64,000 nucleotides of DNA, from positions 349 to 64,348 of the forward strand of contig CAMJCK010000017.1 of the NCBI GenBank assembly GCA_946404125.1. Reading direction: 5' to 3'. The notes under the pieces were generated by a model that had not been told where the DNA came from, ran no database searches, and was given only the letters and a program-made list of their open reading frames with translations. Shown here in pieces: positions 19,954 through 29,954 of this stretch; positions within the stretch are counted from its first letter, which is position 1, and every line of letters starts with the position of its first letter. Source of the stretch: an uncultured Bacteroidota bacterium (GTDB taxonomy: Bacteria; Bacteroidota; Bacteroidia; Bacteroidales; SZUA-534). The translations under genes and the position numbers were made by a program.

Positions 19954-20400
19954 AATAATAAAATTAACGATTAGACTTTGCAAATATGCACATAATTTAA
20001 ATATATGCACTATTTGCACGAAATATTTTTAACGTTTAATCATTTTGATGTAATAAACAATTATCCTTGCTTCCTTTACAACGCAAAGAAGCGACAGCAA
20101 CATGATAAGCGACAACGAATGCTGTTACGCTTGATTGGCTCTTTCTCTATGAGTTTTTTTTCGTGGAGAGGAGGCATACCTATAATAAACAAAGGAATGT
20201 CTAAACGTTGTATTCATCATTTCACAAAACCGCGAGTTCATAGGCAATTATTCTTCTATAGGTTCAATGTCTTCCTCTTCGATATAGCCCGTTCCGTCAC
20301 ACAGTACGCATCTGCAGAATTCTCCGCTACGCATATAAGGCCTTCGCCAAGGCGCCTGCTACAAGTCACGAAGGCAATTCTGGCTTCTAATGTAGAAAAA

Positions 20401-20649
20401 TCAAATACTTGTGCTTTTGTGCCAATGCCAGTGGCATTTGTAACACAATGTTTCAACCAATTCTTGCGGATGATCCCAGGGGGCATTTCCTTTAATATAC
20501 TTTTTGTGGTGCACATATAGTTCATTCTCCGATTTCTTCTGGTGGCAGTTTTGACAGGTGTAATTGTCCCGCTCTAAAATGGTTTTTCTGTACTCTTTCC
20601 ACTCAGGCCTTTTCAGTAATTTTTCGTAGTTATAATGCTTATTTTCCAT
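20401..20649 (-). CDS. Small HNH endonuclease
   Basis: 82 aa from ATG 20649. The CQNC...HHKKY...CYKCHWHWH pattern is an HNH/zinc-finger nuclease motif. Confidence 0.7.
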   Translation of the reverse strand: MENKHYNYEKLLKRPEWKEYRKTILERDNYTCQNCHQKKSENELYVHHKKYIKGNAPWDHPQELVETLCYKCHWHWHKSTSI

Positions 20650-21404
20650 TTTTAGATAATTTTTTTCCGCCCCTGATAACGCAGCCTGCATTTAAGCGAG
20701 CATTAAGGTTTTATTTGGTCGGTTATGGGCTCGCGGTTGTCAAGACGCGGATACCGCCGTCTTGACAATAAATGCACGCGGAGTTAGATTGGGAAAAAGA
20801 ATTATCCGGGCTAAACAGAGATGTAGGATTGTAATACAGTGATTTTGTTTGTTGGATTGTTTGTTTGTTGGATTGTTTGTTTGTTAAAATTTTGTTGGAT
20901 TGTAATATTGTTTGCTATTAAATGGCATTGGGGAAACAAATAAGAAGAAGCGTGAAACCATTCACTTTTTCCATTTCCATCATCTCAAAAATCCCCTAAA
21001 AAACCTACCTTTACACCGCTGTTGCAACATATTTTGCTGCAGCGCTACATACATAAGGCGTCAGACTGATGCTTGTTTTTGGCTTTCTGAAAACTTAGGA
21101 ACTTTCATAAAAGTGTATCAAAAACAATGCAAAAGATGATGCCACGGGTGTGATATACATTCCGGGGTGTGCATTGGGGCGTTATGTCCCTGCACGCTTT
21201 CTCGGACTATATACACGCAACGTGGGTATCTCTTTGCTTGTCCATACACAATGGTTTCCTAAGGCCACAGAAAGCGGATGAGTTAAGATTCAGATACTCA
21301 CGTTTTTTGTTTGTAGCCAGTAACATTTGAGTAGCAATGTTTCCGAATCAATAGTTTGGAAGTAGTTGAAAATAATATAGACCGATTGTTTAATATCAAG
21401 GGGA

Positions 21405-23627
21405 ATGCAAATGTCCAATACACACAAAATTATGAAAACACCAGAAGAAAGATTTGAGTATTACAAAGCACTCGCGTATCAATTCGGGAAAGATGGAAAT
21501 GAAGATGGTAAGCAGGCTAAATATAGCAATCTATGGTTTTTTGCAAAGACTAAATACGAAGACCTGAATCCTTTAACGAAGTGTTTTTTAGGGGATAAAT
21601 CTTGTATCCTTAAAACAAGCACATCCGAAGGTTACGAGCAATACATAATAGATAAAGATTTAAATGAAGAGCAGAAAAAAGCAATAAAGACTTCATTAGA
21701 AAATCCAATTACAATCATTCAAGGCCCTCCTGGAACTGGTAAAACTAAAACTATTTTCAATCTTTTAGCATGCATAAAAAGTTTAGGGAGGACCGTAGCA
21801 ATGGTTTCTTCAAACAATCTTGCGATTATGGATGTTGAAGAAAAAATTGATGAACACGATGATTTGAGAAATTCAACTGCTTTTTTGGGGAATAATACGA
21901 AGAAAAGTGAATTCAACAATATCAATAAAAGTGGGCCTAAAAAAGGTTGTCCGATATATCGTTTTACAACAGAAAATAATGGGAAGAAGCAAATTGAATA
22001 TGAATATGAAAACACAAAATATGTGCATCCAATTGAGCCACAAATTAAGATGGTATTTTTTCTGAAAGATTTTCCAATAATTACAAGCACTATACAATCA
22101 CTCAAATCAAATTTTGAAGATAGTATAGACCAGTTTTTTGATTATGTGGTTATTGATGAAGCTTCGTTAATAACCATTGATTTGGGAATTCTTGCAATGA
22201 CTTCCGCAAAGCAACTTATTGTTGTTGGCGATGATAACCAATTACCGCCGGTGGTAAATGGTGAAGATTTGAAGAAAATTGATAAAAAATTCAAAATCGA
22301 TGATAAGGATATTTACAAGCAAACAGAAATAACAAGTTTCATGAGAATTTGTGAAGTCATGTTCAATATAAAACCAATATGTCTAAAACAGCATTATCGC
22401 TGTCATCCTGCAATTATTGGTTTTTGTAATGAATACGTATATACAAAGGCTAATGAAAAATTAGATTTAAATCCCGTTAGAAACAATACAAAGATAGCCA
22501 CTATTAATGTGAAATGCCCCATTCGATTGGTTTATTATGAAGGGGACTATTGTGAATCGTTAAACGGGGGGAGCAAAGTCAATCGGAAACAAATCAATGT
22601 CTTTCTCAACGAGGAATGGGACAGTTTTATCGAGAAAGTCAATTCAGGAAAAAAGGTTTGTATCATGTCGGGATTTAAAGGACAATTAGAAGAACTGAAA
22701 AAAGGGTTGAAAGATAAATTGACAAATGACAATGACATAAAAATGGAATTGCTGGAGGGATTAAGTGGGGTAGAAATTTTAACAATACATAAATCGCAAG
22801 GTTCAGAATTTGATGTTGTATATCTGTTGCCCGTAGAAGACAACGAATGGAGTTTGTGGAGCCAACAAAAGCGGTTGATAAACGTGGCTGTTTCAAGAGC
22901 AAAAGAAGAACTGGTCGTTATTACCTCAACGCATTTAATGAATCCAGATTTGCAACAAGAATTAGGAGTTGAAATATATTGTTCTTTATCTGATACTATA
23001 CAGCATTATGGTAGAACGAGACATTATGGAAAGGATTGGGATAAAGAAGAAAGGTTCGTTCAGAAACTAACTGATTATGCATATGAACAATTTAAAGAAA
23101 ATAATGAATTTAAAGATGGCTATTATGGATTTCACAAGTCTGGTTTAACTTCAATTTTTGATACAGCAAAACGAACTTCAGAAAAAGATTTTGATTCTGG
23201 AGAGCCTTCAGGCTACGAAAATAAATGTGCAGAAGTGTTGAAAGATATTGTGAAGGAATATGAAGGCCGGATAGAAATAATACTGGAAATGAAATGGGAA
23301 GATTGTGAAGAATTGAAACATAAGAAATGGCTTGAAGAAATCAAGCAAGAATTATATGGTACAGGATTTACTTCAGACGAACTTGATTACTATAAGCACA
23401 ATAGGCGTTTCGATTTTATGCTAGTTATAGATGGGAAAAATAAACTTGTTATTGAAGTAGACGGGGAATTTCATAGGAAAGATGAAAACAAAAAAGAAGT
23501 AGATATAATTAGAGATAGTATATGTCAAAAAGCGGGAATAGAAGTTTTACGTTTGCCAACAGATGGCTCTAATAAGGAATATGAAGTAGATACAATAAAA
23601 AGAAAAATAGAAGAATTAATGGATTGA
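21405..23627 (+). CDS. SF1 (Upf1/Dna2-like) helicase fused to a C-terminal DUF559/Vsr-like endonuclease domain
   Basis: IIQGPPGTGKTKTI, VVIDEASLI, LIVVGDDNQLPP, HYRCHPAIIGF, TIHKSQGSEFDVVYL, INVAVSRAKEELVVI. C-terminus FDFMLV...LVIEVDGEFHRKDENKKEVDIIRDSICQKAGIEVLRLP. Confidence 0.8.
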   Translation: MQMSNTHKIMKTPEERFEYYKALAYQFGKDGNEDGKQAKYSNLWFFAKTKYEDLNPLTKCFLGDKSCILKTSTSEGYEQYIIDKDLNEEQKKAIKTSLENPITIIQGPPGTGKTKTIFNLLACIKSLGRTVAMVSSNNLAIMDVEEKIDEHDDLRNSTAFLGNNTKKSEFNNINKSGPKKGCPIYRFTTENNGKKQIEYEYENTKYVHPIEPQIKMVFFLKDFPIITSTIQSLKSNFEDSIDQFFDYVVIDEASLITIDLGILAMTSAKQLIVVGDDNQLPPVVNGEDLKKIDKKFKIDDKDIYKQTEITSFMRICEVMFNIKPICLKQHYRCHPAIIGFCNEYVYTKANEKLDLNPVRNNTKIATINVKCPIRLVYYEGDYCESLNGGSKVNRKQINVFLNEEWDSFIEKVNSGKKVCIMSGFKGQLEELKKGLKDKLTNDNDIKMELLEGLSGVEILTIHKSQGSEFDVVYLLPVEDNEWSLWSQQKRLINVAVSRAKEELVVITSTHLMNPDLQQELGVEIYCSLSDTIQHYGRTRHYGKDWDKEERFVQKLTDYAYEQFKENNEFKDGYYGFHKSGLTSIFDTAKRTSEKDFDSGEPSGYENKCAEVLKDIVKEYEGRIEIILEMKWEDCEELKHKKWLEEIKQELYGTGFTSDELDYYKHNRRFDFMLVIDGKNKLVIEVDGEFHRKDENKKEVDIIRDSICQKAGIEVLRLPTDGSNKEYEVDTIKRKIEELMD

Positions 23628-23652
23628 TTAAAGCAACACGTGTGGTATTATT

Positions 23653-23877
23653 TCATGTTTCAATCATAATAACCATATTGATAGCTATGACCCAGCATAC
23701 AATTCCGTCATTTTTCGTGCTTCTTCGGTAAACTCGTTGCATTGTGCTGCCTTTTTGAACGGGATATACTTCCAAACCAATAGAATCAATGCTGGATATT
23801 ATTCTCTCAACATCCTGAATGGGATATGTGCTTAAATCCAACCGGCTTATTTGTTCTTCTAAAGTCATAATCACCAC
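23653..23877 (-). CDS. Hypothetical small protein (weak call)
   Basis: 74-aa ORF convergent with the helicase gene. No recognisable motif. Confidence 0.3.
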   Translation of the reverse strand: MVIMTLEEQISRLDLSTYPIQDVERIISSIDSIGLEVYPVQKGSTMQRVYRRSTKNDGIVCWVIAINMVIMIET

Positions 23878-24041
23878 TTATGATATGACAAACATACTTT
23901 TAATCGACAAATTTGTTGCATCCACATTAATCAGATTATGCACGAATATCTCGTTTGTGCTGTTTTGAGAAATGTTGACGTTTAATTCCTATATTGGAGC
24001 AAAAAAAACAGGTATTCGTTTAATCTTTAATTATTTAAATT

Positions 24042-24335
24042 ATGTTGTCAGAAACACAAGTATTAGTGGTCTTGCCAGAAAATGAATGGTTGGATATTAA
24101 AAAGAAGTTGGAAGAAATCTCTGAGTTGATAACTAATCGGAACGCCGAAGAACGTAATTCGGAATGGATTGATTCAGCAACGGCAAGAAAAATGCTGTGG
24201 GTGTCAAATTCCACTTGGCAAAACTATCGAAACCAACGAAGAATTCCTTTTTCGCAGTTTGGTCGGAGAATTTATGTTAAAAGGGCCGATTTAGAGGCTT
24301 TTATGAAAGAACATTATATATACAAACACAGTTAA
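24042..24335 (+). CDS. Helix-turn-helix (excisionase-family type) DNA-binding protein
   Basis: 97 aa. SATARKMLWVSNSTWQNYRNQRRIPFSQFGRRIYVKRADLEAFMKE is an HTH_17-like pattern. Confidence 0.65.
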   Translation: MLSETQVLVVLPENEWLDIKKKLEEISELITNRNAEERNSEWIDSATARKMLWVSNSTWQNYRNQRRIPFSQFGRRIYVKRADLEAFMKEHYIYKHS

Positions 24336-24439
24336 CTAACAGAGAGTAATCAAATAATAGAACAAATATTATTTTTGTACAAAATCACCATAATTAAGAA
24401 TATTTGTGGTATGTTCGTACCGAATTATGACGATTCATT

Positions 24440-25018
24440 ATGTACGAACAGAATACATATCTATCATCCGCTAGTGTAAAGAAGCAAGGAAGAACGGCTT
24501 ACTACAAGATGCTTGGAAGCGCTCGTCAGGGAGACCTGATTCGAGTGCGCCGTGGCGTTTATGCCAATATCGACCAACTTGGCGGCAATATGATAGACAT
24601 TGAAACTGTTGTGCCAGACGGGATTCTTTGTCTTTGGTCAGCCTGGAGCGTTCATCGACTTACCACATCAATGCCACAAGCCTTTCATATCGCCATTAAG
24701 AGAGACAGAAAGATAAAAGTTCCTTCCTTTCCAAAGATTGAGGTTCATCATTATACCGTTGCTATTCTCAACATTGGGGCGGTTTCAATGAATATTGATG
24801 GCTACAACATCCGCATATACGATGTGGAACGTTGCGTATGCGATGCTGTGAAGTTCCGTAACAAGATAGGAATGGATGTCTGCTCTGAAATAATCAATAA
24901 TTATTTGGAACGACCAGACAGGAACCTGACTAAATTGATGGATTACGCCCGTCTGCTTCGTGTCGGAAACATTCTAGAACTATATCTACAGGTAAACCTA
25001 TTAGCAAAGAAGATATAA
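24440..25018 (+). CDS. AbiEi-family antitoxin-like transcriptional regulator (no AbiEii partner)
   Basis: N-terminal ARQGDLIRVRRGVYAN motif typical of the AbiEi N-terminal domain; 192 aa. Confidence 0.6.
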   Translation: MYEQNTYLSSASVKKQGRTAYYKMLGSARQGDLIRVRRGVYANIDQLGGNMIDIETVVPDGILCLWSAWSVHRLTTSMPQAFHIAIKRDRKIKVPSFPKIEVHHYTVAILNIGAVSMNIDGYNIRIYDVERCVCDAVKFRNKIGMDVCSEIINNYLERPDRNLTKLMDYARLLRVGNILELYLQVNLLAKKI

Positions 25019-25084
25019 AGTACTATGGTTTCATCGAAAAACAGACTTGCTCTTTCTATTGTTGTATGGCCATTATAGCCGTCA

Positions 25085-28012
25085 TTAATAATACATTTCA
25101 ATATAACTGTACGCTTTCTCAAAGACATCGTTGTCCTTAATCTGGTATTTCAGCCAAAGGATTGAACGCAGTTTCTTCTTTATCTCGCGGCGTGCGGTTA
25201 CACTTTGGAATGCATCGTTGAACTGACGGATAATGTTTACCACCTCATTGTCGATGTCGTTGACAACTTGCTCTACTATGATTGGTGTCTCCTCTGATTT
25301 TATGCTCTGGAAAAGGTCGGTAAGTGCGGCCCTTGCTTGTGCACGTTTGTCGGCAGGTTTTTCAATTTTCTTTTCTTCTTCAAGTATCTCACGAGCCATC
25401 TGCAACAACTGCTTCAAGAAGTCGATGCTCGAAATCAGGCTCTGTTCCATACGCTCGCGCAGTTCATCAAGTTTCTCCGCAAACTTCTTGAACTTCGGGT
25501 CGCCCTTGTGCTCACCGAGACGAATCTTCAGCATTTTCTCTACCTCAACAATCTTCTTCTGACGCTTCTTCTCATCCTCCAACACCGAGTCGATAATGCC
25601 AGCGTCAACCACCAAATCTTCGAGCGGGGTGCCAATGTCGATTGTATCGATGTTGTTGTGGATAATCTCAATGGTTTTGGCACCGAGCAATGTCCAAATA
25701 AGGTTTCCTCCGCTCAACGGGCGGACACTCTGGTACACTTGTGCCATCCAGGTGTAATCACTTGAATACGGCCCCAGGAATTCGTCTGGTGAGACAATTT
25801 CCCACGCTTTAGCCAGTCGTGCAAAGTGCCGTGCAAAGTTGGTTTTTACGCCTTCATCCTTCAGACATTGCTGGGCGGCAGTCAGGCCTTCCCATCCGCC
25901 AACCGTGCGGTCAACACCAGGGAAGAATTGCAGACAATCATTCATATATGTTGGAATGAGTGCCTTTATCTCATCCATATTTTTGATTATGGTCTTAACG
26001 CTCTCCTCGTCGAAGGCAAGGCTCTTGGCAACATCTTCGAACACTCCGACAAAGTCAACAATCAAACCGCACTTTTTGTTTTCGTTGTAGGTACGGTTGG
26101 TGCGGCAGATTGCCTGAAGCAATGTGTGATTCTTCATTGGCTTGTCGAGGTACATACACTGCAGAATAGGTGCGTCGAAGCCCGTGAGTAGTTTGCTGGT
26201 GACAATCACGAATTTCAGCGGCGACAGCGGGTCGCGGAACTGGTCGAGTAGTTTTTTCTCCTCATCGCGGGTGCGCTTGAAGGCTTTATAATCGTCGGCC
26301 TTATCGCCCGAAGTATGCATCACAATGGTTGTCTGGTCGTCGGTGCCGAGCAAGGCGTCGATAGCCTTTTTGTATTTGACACAGCAAGCACGGTTATAAA
26401 CCACCACTTGTGCCTTCATTCCTGTCGGCTCAATGAACTCGCGGAAATGGCTGACAATGTATTTGCAAACATCGTTGATACGTTTGTCGGCTGTAAAGAA
26501 TGCTTCGACTGAAGTGCGCCGAACAAGTTCCTGCTTGTCTTCCTCGCTTATTTGGTCGGTGAGTGCGTCAAATTCTGCCTGCAGTTTTTCTTCGTCGAGG
26601 TGCATTTCCACAGGAACGGTTTTGAAGTTGAGTTCCAGCGTGGCACCATCGTCAACAGAGTTCTGGAAGGTGTATTTTGAGATATAACCATACTCATCCT
26701 CCTCGCTGCCGAAACAAGCAAAGGTGTTGTGGTCGTTGCGGTTGATAGGTGTACCTGTCAATCCGAAGAAGAACGCATTGGGCAATGCAGTACGCATTTT
26801 CTTGCCAAGGTCGCCTTCCTGGGTTCGGTGTGCCTCGTCCATCAACAGAATAATGTTGTCGCGGTCGTCAATCACTTCGCCATCGTTCAGGTCGCCGAAC
26901 TTGAAAATGGTTGTGATTAGAATCTTACGCTGGTGTATCTTGGTTTCCAACTCTTCTTTCGAAGTAATGTTGTCCACGTTGGGTATCTCGGCGCGGGTGA
27001 AGTCGCCAGTTATCTGGTCTTCCAAATCGATACGGTCGTCGACAATGACCACAGTGGGTGCCTTCAAATCGTTCTGGCGGCGCAGTTTCTGTGCGGCGAA
27101 CACCATAAGCCACGACTTGCCCGAACCCTGGAAATGCCAGATAAGGCCTTTGCGCGGTCCTTTTCCTGCTCTGTAGGTGCCAAGCACACGCTGAACAATG
27201 GCTTCGCCACCGAGGTATTGCTGATAGCGGCAGACAATCTTAATCTTACGTCCGCCTGTGGTGCCTGTGAACACTGTGTAGTAGCGGTAAATGTCGAGCA
27301 CTCGCTCGGGTGTGAGCAACGACAGATAGTTGTGCTCCACATCCTCAAGTGTGCCGTGGCGACGCTCCTCATCGGCATACCACGGGCCCCATTTGTCGAC
27401 GGGGCAGCCCACACTGGCATATTGCAGTTCGCGCCCTTCGCTGGCGAATGTGAATATGTTCGGCACAAACATTTCGGGTATGCTTTTCTGGTAGTGCATT
27501 ATGTCGGTTGCGCCATCGGCCCAGGTGACCGACGATTTGACGGGCGTTTTGGCCTCGCCCACAATCATTGGTATGCCATTGATTATGTAAACCAAATCGA
27601 GACGTTTACCGCCTTCCTTGCTTGGACGCGGGAATTCCCATTGGTTGGTAACCACACAGCGGTTTTCGGAAGGGTTATCGCTGAAGAAGCGAATGTTGAT
27701 ATTCTCGCCATCATCGCCGAAAGGATATGAGTTCTCATCGAACAGAAGGCTGCGGAAGCGGTCGTTGGCGTTTATGAGTTCCTCGTGGTTGTTGCCTATG
27801 ATGCAAGCCGCGCGCAGTTTGAATATCACTTGCGACGCCTGTTCGTCGGTAATGTTGTTGAATTTCTTCAAGGCTGTCAGAAGCCAATCGGTTACCAGCA
27901 CCTCATCGGGCAGACGAGGTATGTTTTGCGGTTCAACATATATCCAGCCACATTTGCCAGCGGCGTTAATGAGCATCTGCTCTACAGTGTTTTCTTCGTT
28001 AAAATATGCCAT
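25085..28012 (-). CDS. hsdR: Type I restriction enzyme R subunit
   Basis: 975 aa. Walker A WHFQGSGKSW, DEAH box LLMDEAHRTQ, helicase motif VI-like ICRTNR. Last gene of the hsdM-hsdM-hsdS...hsdR string. Confidence 0.92.
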   Translation of the reverse strand: MAYFNEENTVEQMLINAAGKCGWIYVEPQNIPRLPDEVLVTDWLLTALKKFNNITDEQASQVIFKLRAACIIGNNHEELINANDRFRSLLFDENSYPFGDDGENINIRFFSDNPSENRCVVTNQWEFPRPSKEGGKRLDLVYIINGIPMIVGEAKTPVKSSVTWADGATDIMHYQKSIPEMFVPNIFTFASEGRELQYASVGCPVDKWGPWYADEERRHGTLEDVEHNYLSLLTPERVLDIYRYYTVFTGTTGGRKIKIVCRYQQYLGGEAIVQRVLGTYRAGKGPRKGLIWHFQGSGKSWLMVFAAQKLRRQNDLKAPTVVIVDDRIDLEDQITGDFTRAEIPNVDNITSKEELETKIHQRKILITTIFKFGDLNDGEVIDDRDNIILLMDEAHRTQEGDLGKKMRTALPNAFFFGLTGTPINRNDHNTFACFGSEEDEYGYISKYTFQNSVDDGATLELNFKTVPVEMHLDEEKLQAEFDALTDQISEEDKQELVRRTSVEAFFTADKRINDVCKYIVSHFREFIEPTGMKAQVVVYNRACCVKYKKAIDALLGTDDQTTIVMHTSGDKADDYKAFKRTRDEEKKLLDQFRDPLSPLKFVIVTSKLLTGFDAPILQCMYLDKPMKNHTLLQAICRTNRTYNENKKCGLIVDFVGVFEDVAKSLAFDEESVKTIIKNMDEIKALIPTYMNDCLQFFPGVDRTVGGWEGLTAAQQCLKDEGVKTNFARHFARLAKAWEIVSPDEFLGPYSSDYTWMAQVYQSVRPLSGGNLIWTLLGAKTIEIIHNNIDTIDIGTPLEDLVVDAGIIDSVLEDEKKRQKKIVEVEKMLKIRLGEHKGDPKFKKFAEKLDELRERMEQSLISSIDFLKQLLQMAREILEEEKKIEKPADKRAQARAALTDLFQSIKSEETPIIVEQVVNDIDNEVVNIIRQFNDAFQSVTARREIKKKLRSILWLKYQIKDNDVFEKAYSYIEMYY

Positions 28013-28017
28013 AATTA

Positions 28018-28170
28018 TGTGCGAATTATACTCGAATTACGTGCGAATTATAACCAAATTATAACCGAAATATGCAATCTAAATAACTAATATTCAATAC
28101 ATTTAATGATTGTGCTCGAAATTTTACGTGCGAATTATAACCGAATTACGTGCGAATTACGTGCGAAATT
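28018..28170. promoter_or_regulatory. Array of five (A/T)(C/G)GTGCGAA(T/A)T motifs between the AlbA_2 gene and hsdR
   Basis: TGTGCGAATTATA 28018; CGAATTACGTGCGAATTATAACC 28033-28055; TACGTGCGAATTATAACCGAATTACGTGCGAATTACGTGCGAAATT 28125-28170, which overlaps the last codons of the upstream ORF. Confidence 0.4.
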
Positions 28171-29839
28171 CAGTAACGCCCTTCTCGGTTAAGCGCCATC
28201 TCCTACCATCGCGTGTCAATAATCCTTCTTTATGTAAACTAACAAGAATGCGCGTTATGTAGTACTGTTTTGACTTGTAATCTTTGAGTGAAGGTAGTGC
28301 GTGCTCCAATCCCTCATACGCTTCAGCCCTTTTAAAACCATCTTCTCCAGCATTGTATGCCATCTGAAGTATGAGTTTCTTCAATGCTTCATAAGCAAGC
28401 CCCTTGTTCTTTGTGTATTGCGCAACTTGGTGCGTCAATCTTGCAACATCCAAAGAAATAGAAAGATTTGTCCCTCTGCCTTCTATCAACTTACGTGCTT
28501 TCAGGTGTTTTATCGCATTTGGTGTTATCGGATGGTGCTTCTGCACGGCATCGAGCCAAATACATTCCTTTAGCGAGAGCTGGTCGCTGCTTTTCAGCAA
28601 TGTTGAGTATTTCTCGTCAATCATTTTGCCATATATCGTAACGCCAACCGTACGGTTTACATTATCTATTTCGTAGTCGGGCATTGGAAAGAAACGGTTT
28701 CTCTGCTCTGTAAATATTTTCTTGATACCGCGTCCTACTGTATCAATCATATTGAAATGCACCATTCCTTTGCAAAGGCATTCATTGCGGTAATGCAATT
28801 GCGGTCCCTTATGTTCAAGAGCCTTTTCTATGGTGCCAGGAATAAAGGTGCCTCCGTTGCCATAATACAGTTTCCCTGGGCTTTCCACAAAAACAATTCG
28901 CTGTTGCAGGGTATAATCCTGGTGTGCAATGGCATTATGCAGAGCCTCACGAATGGTATAGTCGTCGTACTGCTTCATAGTGTCGGGGAACAACGTTCCG
29001 CCAGGCAGTTCCCGCATAGTTTTATTTCGAATTTTGGCTAACACATTATCGACTGTCAGTATGAATGGAATGGTGAAATGCTCATAATCCTCAACAATTT
29101 CGTCTTCGTTTTGCAGAGTCCAAGTGATTTGAGCCACGGCTGGGTGTATTTTATTGAGCGTTAATGGTTTGCCAAGCAAAAGTATGGCAGCACGGGTGAT
29201 TTGTCCGTCGCGCATCATATTGCTGTTACTCAAAAACTCCTCCATATTCCAATTGTCCACTTCTTCGCCCGATATGTTTGAAGCGTGCACCTTCTTGTAC
29301 ATCACTCGTGCTTTGGCAAGCGCCAGTTCGTCAAGGTCGGCTATGGTTGCATTGGGAACCAATTGCGCGGTCCAGTCGGGAATTGGCGGCTGATTGCGTA
29401 TTTCATCGCGTTTGGTCTGATTCAATGGTTTCAGACTCTCGCCATCGCGGCCGTATGGAATTCCTTTCCAGTGCATTACAATATTGCGTGGCGAGGCGGG
29501 GACTTTGAAAAGCAACACTCGTTTACCATCGACTGTCAACGGAACAATATCGCGGAAGATAAGATTGTCGGTGGTGTGTTGCGACATATCTTGCTTCAAC
29601 TTGTTCAGGGCAGTCTCGCTGTCTTTAAATGTGGTGCCAGTTATCTGGTGTGTGTTATTGTCCACACCAAACACTATCCAGGCAAAGTCGCGTTCGCGCA
29701 GGTTTGCCTCGTTACTCAATGCAGAAAAGTACTTACCCAGTTCGTCAACATCAAAGTTGTTTTTGGCCGCTTTGAACTCAACCACTTCGTTTTCCGAATG
29801 GCTTAGCAAATGGTTTAATATGTCGTAATAGTTTTCCAT
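28157..29839 (-). CDS. AlbA_2 (Schlafen-type) domain + HATPase_c_4 + wHTH protein ('RecG-like' putative DNA-binding protein)
   Basis: N-terminal EVVEFKAAKNNFDVDELGKYFSALSNEANL...AWIVFGVDN; central IREALHNAIAHQDY; 560 aa. Confidence 0.75.
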   Translation of the reverse strand: MENYYDILNHLLSHSENEVVEFKAAKNNFDVDELGKYFSALSNEANLRERDFAWIVFGVDNNTHQITGTTFKDSETALNKLKQDMSQHTTDNLIFRDIVPLTVDGKRVLLFKVPASPRNIVMHWKGIPYGRDGESLKPLNQTKRDEIRNQPPIPDWTAQLVPNATIADLDELALAKARVMYKKVHASNISGEEVDNWNMEEFLSNSNMMRDGQITRAAILLLGKPLTLNKIHPAVAQITWTLQNEDEIVEDYEHFTIPFILTVDNVLAKIRNKTMRELPGGTLFPDTMKQYDDYTIREALHNAIAHQDYTLQQRIVFVESPGKLYYGNGGTFIPGTIEKALEHKGPQLHYRNECLCKGMVHFNMIDTVGRGIKKIFTEQRNRFFPMPDYEIDNVNRTVGVTIYGKMIDEKYSTLLKSSDQLSLKECIWLDAVQKHHPITPNAIKHLKARKLIEGRGTNLSISLDVARLTHQVAQYTKNKGLAYEALKKLILQMAYNAGEDGFKRAEAYEGLEHALPSLKDYKSKQYYITRILVSLHKEGLLTRDGRRWRLTEKGVTEFRT

Positions 29840-29954
29840 ACTATTTCTGTTTCTTTTATATGATATGGTCTAATTCTCAATTATTTATCAAACTCTTTAT
29901 AAGCGTACATATGGTATCTATCAATTTTCAAAGTTTAATTTCTGATTCGTTATC

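Noticed and set aside
20005-20525. ORFs 20005..20520 (+) and 20256..20525 (-) next to the HNH gene; possible frameshifted extension of the HNH protein
   Set aside because: The peptides have no recognisable domain, and the two ORFs overlap each other and the HNH ORF. I cannot support a coding call or a frameshift from sequence alone.
20692-21404. Retron or other reverse-transcriptase-linked ncRNA in the long non-coding region
   Set aside because: No reverse transcriptase ORF anywhere in the window.
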